A DNA stretch of 19,326 bases, from contig WBXG01000032.1 of the NCBI GenBank assembly GCA_008932965.1, positions 1-19,326 of the forward strand, read 5' to 3'. Below the pieces are notes generated by a model. The model had not been told where the DNA came from, made no database searches, and saw only the letters and a list, made by a program, of their open reading frames with translations. Shown in pieces: positions 8,142-14,419 of the stretch. The translations under genes were made by a program, and so were the position numbers. The stretch's first letter is position 1; the number at the start of each line of letters is the position of its first letter. Source of the stretch: Verrucomicrobiota bacterium (GTDB lineage: Bacteria; Verrucomicrobiota; Verrucomicrobiia; Chthoniobacterales; UBA6821).

Positions 8142-9064
8142 AACAGCGTTGGAACCATATCTTTTTTCTTCATGCAAAAATTGCACCAGATTTATTACAA
8201 CCCTACCTCCCTTTCAAATTAGATCTTCTAGATGGAATGGCTATTCTTTCAATCGTTCCTTTTAAAATGGATATGATTCGACTTTGGAATCTTCCTCCAG
8301 CACCCTTCTTCTCACATTTATGGGAAATTAACCTCCGAACTTATGTCAGGGTCGGTGGAAAACCTGGGGTTTATTTTTTTACTCTTGATACTGATAGTGC
8401 TCTGGGTTGTTGGATTGCTAATCACTTCTTTCACCTTCCCTACCGACTTGCAAAAATCAAAGCTGTTGTGAGAAAGGAGCACTTCTATTTTGAGAGTCGA
8501 CGCTCCCTAGCCCGGATATTTCATACTGATCGTGACAAGGAGCTAGCGAAGACTGATGGGTTACCGCCGGCGGCCGGAAGACCGCGGGAGAGACTACCTT
8601 TGGGCAGCCCTGAAAAGGAGAGACGAGTGGGAGCGAGTGAGTCAACGCAGACGAGTATTTTGACACAGGGCTGTATGAGTACACACCGCCCATGTCAAAA
8701 TGGAAGTCTAACGCAATATCCATCTGGCTTCCCGGTCTTCGCAGGTGATCGGCATGAAATATCAGGGCTAGCCTCTTTTAAAACCTCCTTTTGTATTACT
8801 GGAGAAAAAAAGAAAAAAACGATTTTGGATAGATGGACTACAGACCGAGATCGGCTCTTTACTCTCAAACGTGGAGAAATCTACGAAGGGAGAGTGCACC
8901 ACGACTCATGGCCCTTAGAAAAGATAGAGAATCTTATTTTTGAGGATCATTTTTCAACTCAAATTCCCATTAAGTGTCATTTCGACCCTCAAGAATCAAG
9001 CTACGCCCCCTTACTTAATGTCAGTTTCGAAACCTTTAGAAAAACAGGTAATACCATCTCCTAA
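8138..9064 (+). CDS. DUF2071 (B. subtilis YqjF-like, COG3361-type) protein carrying an 87-codon in-frame repeat-element insertion
   Basis: N-terminus WNHIFFLHAKIAPDLLQPYLPFKLDLLDGMAILSIVPFKMDMIRLWNLPPAPFFSHLWEINLRTYVRVGGKPGVYFFTLDTDS...HLPYRLAKI, and C-terminus LDRWTTDRDRLFTL..G.IYEGRVHHDSWPLEKI, both fit the DUF2071 pattern. The start overlaps the upstream stop (ATGA, 8138-8141). Confidence 0.85.
   Translation: MKQRWNHIFFLHAKIAPDLLQPYLPFKLDLLDGMAILSIVPFKMDMIRLWNLPPAPFFSHLWEINLRTYVRVGGKPGVYFFTLDTDSALGCWIANHFFHLPYRLAKIKAVVRKEHFYFESRRSLARIFHTDRDKELAKTDGLPPAAGRPRERLPLGSPEKERRVGASESTQTSILTQGCMSTHRPCQNGSLTQYPSGFPVFAGDRHEISGLASFKTSFCITGEKKKKTILDRWTTDRDRLFTLKRGEIYEGRVHHDSWPLEKIENLIFEDHFSTQIPIKCHFDPQESSYAPLLNVSFETFRKTGNTIS
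8507..8771. mobile_element. Palindromic MITE-like element, copy 3 (257-bp core flanked by CTAG/CTAG), inside the DUF2071 CDS, with a nested 81-bp GC-rich extra segment
   Basis: Left end ctagCCCGGATATTTCATACTGATCGTGACAAGG. Right end CCATCTGGCTTCCCGGTCTTCGCAGGTGATCGGCATGAAATATCAGGGctag. The interior aligns with copy 4 except for extra sequence at about 8564-8647. Confidence 0.92.
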
Positions 9065-9075
9065 AAATATCCGGG

Positions 9076-9259
9076 TTAACACGGATGTTTCATACTGATC
9101 GTGACGAGGAGGCCGCGAAGGCTTATGGGGTAAGACAGGCGAGCATTTTGATGCAGGGCTGTATGTCTACATACTGCCCAAATCAAAATGTGAGTCTAAC
9201 GCAGCATCCATCTGACTTCCCGGCTTTCGTAGTAGATAAGTATGAAACATACGGGTTAA
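9076..9259. mobile_element. Palindromic MITE-like element, copy 4 (176-bp core flanked by TTAA/TTAA), intergenic, preceded by an orphan right end
   Basis: Left end ttaaCACGGATGTTTCATACTGATCGTGACGAGGAGGCCGCGAAGGCTTATGG. Right end CCATCTGACTTCCCGGCTTTCGTAGTAGATAAGTATGAAACATACGGGttaa. The palindrome centre is gtatgt-ct-acatac at 9161-9174. Immediately 5' (9066-9079), aaatatccgggttaa is a right-end fragment sharing the same TTAA. Confidence 0.92.
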
Positions 9260-9276
9260 GACCAATTGGGGGGTAA

Positions 9277-9294
9277 AAACCACGATTGTGGTTT
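9277..9294. terminator. Weak hairpin between convergent genes (aaaccac-gatt-gtggttt)
   Basis: A 7-bp stem with a 4-nt loop. On the minus strand it is followed by a short T run (tt, from the aaaaa at 9275-9279). There is no convincing U-tract on the plus strand. Confidence 0.25.
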
Positions 9295-9374
9295 ACCGAC
9301 ATGACAGTGGAGAGAGCGACTAATACTATTACAAAAAATAGCACTCATCCAAAAAAGCAGACGCGGTATAAAGC

Positions 9375-10448
9375 TCATAATCGATCTAATTGTTGCAGCC
9401 GGGAATCTAATGTGGGGATAGGGTGAAAAATAGTTTCTATGTAGGTTGATGTCTTATACTCACTATTGTTAAGATTTTGTAATTTATTTAATAAAGCAGA
9501 ATATTCTTGTTTATCAACCCCATGGCGAATCACCTGGGCATCGGCAAGAAAATGTTTTTTTCTTGAGTAGGAAGGCAGGAGAAAGAGTGCTAAAAAAAAC
9601 CAGCTACTCAAGAGAGAAAGCAATAGCAACCACTGACCCCAAAAAAGAGGCAGTTTCATGTTAAAAACTACACAGTCAGCTCCAACAAGACCCACTACAC
9701 AATAGATCCAAGAACAGTAAAAATGTTTTCTGATTTCTTGAGATCCAATGATTTTTTCATCTCGCCAGATAAGAAGCGCTAACTCTCTTGGGTTAAGTAA
9801 TGCAGCCGATGCTGAACTAATCATATAGCGCCGTTGAGCACCCCATCCAATACTACCCCCATTGACACTCACCCCATCTTCGCTCTCATAAAAATAGAGA
9901 ATCCCTTCCTCAATCATCTTTTGAAGCCCCAGTGAAAAAAGCTCTTGTGATAATTGAGAAAAATATTCATGACTGAGGGAATAAGACTTTTTTAATAAAG
10001 AGGGTATGAGAAAGAAATGCCAGCGTTGAACTACTACCGCAGCAACGATCAATAAAAGTATACCTATAAAAAAACCATAGCCGGCCTTTGCAAGCATGAA
10101 GTATAGGAAGCAACCACCAACTGTTTGCAAAATGATAAAAACAAAGGAGCCTGCGAGCCATTGGGATATCCATTGTTGATAAGAATAGGAATAACGCCTT
10201 GATTTCTTTTCTAACAACAAACCAGTTATAAAATCCAAGGGTCCGTTCACGAAAAAAACAAAGCAAAAATAAAATAGAATTGTTAAAAAAATAGTTCCAA
10301 CCGATTCCCCAGGAGGCGATATAACCTTAAAAGTAATCAGAAAAAAAATAATCCATGGAAGAAACAAATTAAAACCTATCGAGCTAATACCGCACCAAAT
10401 TCTGATTTTTGGATAAAGAGGACATGTTAAGTAAGATGATGAATTCAT
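9375..10448 (-). CDS. Polytopic membrane protein with M48 (HtpX/Ste24)-like architecture but no HExxH motif
   Basis: It has 4-5 N-terminal TM helices. The segment ILYFYESEDGVSVNGGSIGWGAQRRYMISSASAALLNPRELALLIWRDEKII is collinear with M48 (v.v.....NAf..G.....ivv...ll..l...El.avlaHElgH). Two further TM helices follow. The tail LADAQVIRHGVDKQEYSALLNKL...IFHPIPTLDSRLQQL resembles aD..a......l..aL.kl....HP....Ri..l. No HExxH occurs anywhere in the protein. Confidence 0.7.
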   Translation of the reverse strand: MNSSSYLTCPLYPKIRIWCGISSIGFNLFLPWIIFFLITFKVISPPGESVGTIFLTILFYFCFVFFVNGPLDFITGLLLEKKSRRYSYSYQQWISQWLAGSFVFIILQTVGGCFLYFMLAKAGYGFFIGILLLIVAAVVVQRWHFFLIPSLLKKSYSLSHEYFSQLSQELFSLGLQKMIEEGILYFYESEDGVSVNGGSIGWGAQRRYMISSASAALLNPRELALLIWRDEKIIGSQEIRKHFYCSWIYCVVGLVGADCVVFNMKLPLFWGQWLLLLSLLSSWFFLALFLLPSYSRKKHFLADAQVIRHGVDKQEYSALLNKLQNLNNSEYKTSTYIETIFHPIPTLDSRLQQLDRL

Positions 10449-10464
10449 AAAAAAATCTCTAAGG

Positions 10465-11595
10465 TTACACTTTTTTACAACTTTCTAATATTTTCTCATA
10501 GGCATCAATAGAACGACTCCATTGAAAATCTTGTGCTTTTCGAAGAGATACTTTTTTCATATTATCAAGGTGACTGAGATCTTCTATTAAAGATTGTATC
10601 GCATTTGCCATTCCAGAAGGACCCTGATCCAGATCAAAAAAGCAGCCATTCTGACCTTCATCAATAATATCTTGAAGTCCTCCAATGCGACTTCCCAGAA
10701 TAGCAAGTCCCTCAGCAAGAGCTTCAACTCCGACCATAGGAAGTCCTTCTGAAAGTGAAGGAATGAGTAAAACATCTGATTGCTCCATGATTTTTTGAAT
10801 CTCATCTGAAGCCAACCAGCCAGAAAAATGAATCTTATTTTCCAAGCTAAGGGACCTCACCTCATCTTGTGCAGCAGCAAAAAGTGGTCCCTCTCCCACC
10901 ATATTTAATATCCATGGCAGCTCTCGTATTAGGGATAGAGCTCGAATAGCAAAAAGTGGATTTTTTTGGATGCTAAAACGTCCTACGAAAAGAAGCCGTG
11001 TCATTGATGAAGATAAATGAACTTGCCGAGAAGGAAGGTTCACTCCATTCAAAATGACTGTTGGCATTATTCCATAGGCTTTCTGAGCTAGCTTAGCTAC
11101 AAAACTACTAACTGATGTAACATGAGCAGCAGAGGCCCAAATAGGCACAGTAAGAGGTTTGATCAATTTAAAAAGATGATCGGTTTGCTGCGGAACTCCA
11201 CCAGGAACATCTCCCAAGTGTGCCGTTAAAACATACGGAATCCGTGTGAATTGATGAATAATCCAAGCAACAACTCCAGTAGGAACAGCAAAGTGAACAT
11301 GAATAACATGTGGCCTCCAGCAGCATGACTCTTTTAAAGATACCGGCACAACCCTCATGATCCAAAGCATCATTTCAAAAATACTACAAGTATCCTCTCG
11401 ACGTCGTCTGGAGCGAACACGAATCACTTCTACTCCATCAATGAGGGAGCTATCAGGCAAATGAGGCATTCCTGCTGTGACAAAGCGAACTTGATGACCT
11501 CGCTTCACCAAAGCTGAAGCAACTTGAATAGCTACTCGTCCTCCCCCACCCCCAAGAGGTGGACATTCATAACAGAGAACTAGAATTCGCGACAT
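10465..11595 (-). CDS. GT-B fold glycosyltransferase, family 4 (Glycos_transf_1)
   Basis: N-terminus RILVLCYECPPLGGGGGRVAIQVASALVKRGHQVRFVT. The C-terminal E-x7-E region is IPSLSEGLPMVGVEALAEGLAILGSRIGGLQDIIDEGQNG. A 16-bp gap precedes the downstream M48-like gene. Confidence 0.9.
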   Translation of the reverse strand: MSRILVLCYECPPLGGGGGRVAIQVASALVKRGHQVRFVTAGMPHLPDSSLIDGVEVIRVRSRRRREDTCSIFEMMLWIMRVVPVSLKESCCWRPHVIHVHFAVPTGVVAWIIHQFTRIPYVLTAHLGDVPGGVPQQTDHLFKLIKPLTVPIWASAAHVTSVSSFVAKLAQKAYGIMPTVILNGVNLPSRQVHLSSSMTRLLFVGRFSIQKNPLFAIRALSLIRELPWILNMVGEGPLFAAAQDEVRSLSLENKIHFSGWLASDEIQKIMEQSDVLLIPSLSEGLPMVGVEALAEGLAILGSRIGGLQDIIDEGQNGCFFDLDQGPSGMANAIQSLIEDLSHLDNMKKVSLRKAQDFQWSRSIDAYEKILESCKKV

Positions 11596-11718
11596 GATCT
11601 GAAACTAAAGATAATACTCCATAAAAGGGAAGCTTGGAGTGGTTTTTTATTGATATCGGAGGGAGCAATGATGATGATTCGCTCAGATCCGTAATAAAAA
11701 TCAACCAAAAAAAAACCT

Positions 11719-12249
11719 ATGGCTGCTCCTTCATCTGTTAGTGGCAATAACAGTCCAACAAGGCCTGTAACTCCTATACTCTCGGAAAATTACGACGGTA
11801 AGAATCCTCTCTCAACACAAACAAGTGGAAATGCAATTACAGCAAAAAAAAGCAGCCGTCCTAATTACACTAAAGCAAATACAAGCATTCAAAATAAAAA
11901 CTCTAATGCTGCTGCCATCCTTGCTTCGAGAAAACATCTCCCTAAAAGTCAAAATGGATCAATGCCATTAAGGCCCGATCAACATCCTGGTACCATTCCT
12001 CTTTTTAATCCCAATTCTACTCAAGGGAGTGTTAATGATAGACAAGTCAAAAATGCTAAAGCGAGCAGCAATCCAAGTACACAAGGTTATAATCGCTCAG
12101 CAAATTTTCATTTGCTTGTAGCAGGTTTTAACTACAACTTGCAACGGCAGAGCAGGGCTTTTGGGCAGCAAGAAAAAAAACAAGTCCAAACATTAGAGAA
12201 TAATAATTCGGAGAATAATACTAAGGTTAACCCGGATATTTCATACTGA
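11719..12249 (+). CDS. Hypothetical low-complexity N/S/Q/P/K-rich protein (176 aa), coding status uncertain
   Basis: The ORF has no hydrophobic core or signal peptide. Its last 7 codons and stop (KVNPDISY*) are read from the left terminus of a mini-element. Confidence 0.35.
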   Translation: MAAPSSVSGNNSPTRPVTPILSENYDGKNPLSTQTSGNAITAKKSSRPNYTKANTSIQNKNSNAAAILASRKHLPKSQNGSMPLRPDQHPGTIPLFNPNSTQGSVNDRQVKNAKASSNPSTQGYNRSANFHLLVAGFNYNLQRQSRAFGQQEKKQVQTLENNNSENNTKVNPDISY

Positions 12250-12284
12250 AGCGTCATGATTCATCATGAAAAATCTAGATTTAA
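12227..12284. mobile_element. Mini (internally deleted) palindromic element, copy 5
   Basis: The left end ttaaCCCGGATATTTCATACTGA is identical over 23 nt to copy 7. A degenerate right end gattCATCATGAAAAATCTAGAttaa follows. It lies between two convergent stop codons (TGA 12247-12249; tta 12281-12283 = asnB stop). Confidence 0.6.
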
Positions 12285-14149
12285 GAGTTTTGAATTCTCG
12301 CTAACACATATTGAGCCCAAAGAAAAAGCCGTTCGTCACTTCGGCCGCACTGATGTTCCTGTAGTGAGTGATAAAAAAACTTCTTTCCTATTGGTGAAAC
12401 GGGCTCATTAGGAGTGATAGCACCGCTTTGAAACCATCCTCCAATAGGCATTCCAAAGCCTTTTTTCTTTCGATAGATAATGTTGTTAGGAAGAAACGGC
12501 TCGAGTGCTTTTTTCAAGATCCATTTAGTCACACCCCCTCGTAACTTTACCGTATGAGGAAGTCGTCGAGCAAAGTTCACAAGCTCAATATCTAAAAATG
12601 GAGATCGCACCTCCAATGAATGAAGCATACTAACACGATCAATCTTAGCTAAAATATCATCTTGCAAGTAAAGAGATGTAAAAAAATGAAGAGCACGATC
12701 CACTAAACTAGCAGAAGCCCCAGGGCGCTCCCAGGCTTCAATTGCCTCACTATAAATTTCCTCAGGATTATTTTTATCTCCAAAAAAAGAGTCAATTTCT
12801 TGAATATTGAGAGGCCCCATCCAAACGGGCATCCAGAGAGGTTGAGGAAAGAAAAGCCCGCGCAGTGTTCGTTTGATTTTAAAATCAAGGCTGATATTGC
12901 GGTGCGATACGGGAAGATGGGCTGCAAGAAAAGAAAGTGCAGGATGCAATACCTTTGGAACCATTCTAGAATAGAGCTCTGCAGCATGGAGTGCTTTCAA
13001 TGGATCATATCCAGCAAAGAGCTCATCCCCGCCATCGCCACCCAATGCAACGGTAACATGGTCTCTTGCAAACCCAGAAAGTAACCATGTGGGAAGCAAG
13101 GAGCTATCAGCAATTGGTTCATCCAATTGACTCAAGAGTTCTGGTAAAAGATGAACAGCTCGATGAAGATCTAGAATCTCTTCGTGATGAGTAGAACCGA
13201 GATGCAAGGCCATCTGTTGCGCAAAAGGAAGTTCATCAAAAGAAGGATCAGTAAAACCAATGCTAAAAGTTTGAAGCTCTCGTGCCGGAAGATAGCGTGA
13301 AGCCACAGCCGCTATTGCTGAAGAATCGATCCCCCCACTCAAAAAAATTCCAATGGGGACATCCGAGATAAGACGCCGCTTTACTGCTCGATCCAGGAGC
13401 TCCATGAGTTCCTCCGACCATAATTTTCCCCCATCAGCTGGCAGGTCAGGTTGGGATGGCTCTAATCGATATTCCCAATAACGCTGAACTTGAAATGTTT
13501 TATCTTGAAGATCTAGTTTTCCAAAATGGCCTCCAGGGAGTTTATAAATCCCCTCAATCAAAGAATGAGGAGCGGGAATATATCCATAAGCAAAATATTT
13601 TTTGAGTGCTATGGTGGACTCATTTCTAGGGGCTTTGGGATGTTGCATTAAGGCTTTTAGCTCCGATGCAAAAGCAAAAAGATGACCCTCCTGATCCTGA
13701 TGCTGAAAATAGTAGAGTGGCTTCTTACCAAAACGATCTCGTGCAATAAAAATAGTATTCTTTCTTCGATCCTCAATTACAAAGGCCCACATTCCATTGA
13801 GTTTGTCTAGCATCCCTTCACCCCATTCTCGGTAGCCGTGAAGTAGGACTTCGGTATCCGAGTGGTCAGTCTGAAATTGATATCCTTTGGTAATAAGCTC
13901 TGCACGTAGTTCTTTATGATTGTAAATTTCACCATTAAAAATAATCACTAGAGCTCCATCAACTGTTGCCATTGGTTGAATGCCATCACCCAGATCTATA
14001 ATCGAAAGACGTCGATGACCTAAGTAGATCCTTCTTTTTTCTTCAATAAAAAAACCCTCTTGATCAGGACCCCGATGCACAAGGGCTCGTGTCATTTTTT
14101 CAATTACCTCACGATCTCCAGAGCCAATAAAACCAGCTATACCGCACAT
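12281..14149 (-). CDS. asnB: Asparagine synthase (glutamine-hydrolysing) family amidotransferase, AsnB-type
   Basis: MCGIAGFIG N-terminal nucleophile Cys, HRGPD, RRLSIIDL..G.QPM, and the PP-loop SGGIDSS. 622 aa. Confidence 0.9.
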   Translation of the reverse strand: MCGIAGFIGSGDREVIEKMTRALVHRGPDQEGFFIEEKRRIYLGHRRLSIIDLGDGIQPMATVDGALVIIFNGEIYNHKELRAELITKGYQFQTDHSDTEVLLHGYREWGEGMLDKLNGMWAFVIEDRRKNTIFIARDRFGKKPLYYFQHQDQEGHLFAFASELKALMQHPKAPRNESTIALKKYFAYGYIPAPHSLIEGIYKLPGGHFGKLDLQDKTFQVQRYWEYRLEPSQPDLPADGGKLWSEELMELLDRAVKRRLISDVPIGIFLSGGIDSSAIAAVASRYLPARELQTFSIGFTDPSFDELPFAQQMALHLGSTHHEEILDLHRAVHLLPELLSQLDEPIADSSLLPTWLLSGFARDHVTVALGGDGGDELFAGYDPLKALHAAELYSRMVPKVLHPALSFLAAHLPVSHRNISLDFKIKRTLRGLFFPQPLWMPVWMGPLNIQEIDSFFGDKNNPEEIYSEAIEAWERPGASASLVDRALHFFTSLYLQDDILAKIDRVSMLHSLEVRSPFLDIELVNFARRLPHTVKLRGGVTKWILKKALEPFLPNNIIYRKKKGFGMPIGGWFQSGAITPNEPVSPIGKKFFYHSLQEHQCGRSDERLFLWAQYVLARIQNS

Positions 14150-14329
14150 GAGAGAGGAGTGTAGGCAATAAGGTATACTTTATCCTGATTCGCAGTGAGG
14201 CATGTCAAAGCCTGATGCAGATAGCAAAAGCCTTTTAAAATATCTGTTCGATATGCAAGGTGATGAATCATTCAAGGAGTATTAAAAAAAAAATCTTTTA
14301 GGCCAAGCAGATTAGAATGATTGAGAATG

Positions 14330-14399
14330 CTAGCCTGGAGATTTCATGGTGAATCTATTACGGCTTCTGCAAGTGATGAAGATGAAATATTCGGGCTAA
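14330..14399. mobile_element. Mini (internally deleted) palindromic element, copy 6 (flanks CTAG/CTAA)
   Basis: ctagCCTGGAGATTTCATGGTGAATC ... CGGCTTCTGCAAGTGATGAAGATGAAATATTCGGGctaa. The right half aligns with the right arm of full copies (cggcttccgtagtagatcagtatgaaatat). It lies in the 270-bp gap between the sulfotransferase stop and the asnB start. Confidence 0.75.
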
Positions 14400-14419
14400 A
14401 GCTGCGCGGCTACAACTTT

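Noticed and set aside
8457-8723. 88-aa minus-strand ORF antisense to the DUF2071 gene
   Set aside because: It lies almost entirely within element copy 3 and reflects the element's open frame on the opposite strand (ends HDQYEISGLG). The plus-strand DUF2071 gene explains the region.
9085-9276. 63-aa ORF (MFHTDRDEEAAKAYG...YETYGLRPIGG) on the plus strand
   Set aside because: It coincides exactly with intergenic element copy 4. Its sequence is the generic stop-free frame of the repeat, and the same peptide pattern appears in other copies, so it is not an independent gene.
11615-11660. Hairpin-like ctcca...tggag followed by a T-run in the GT4 upstream region
   Set aside because: It has only a 5-bp stem with a 13-nt loop, and no upstream plus-strand gene for it to terminate. 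The evidence is insufficient.
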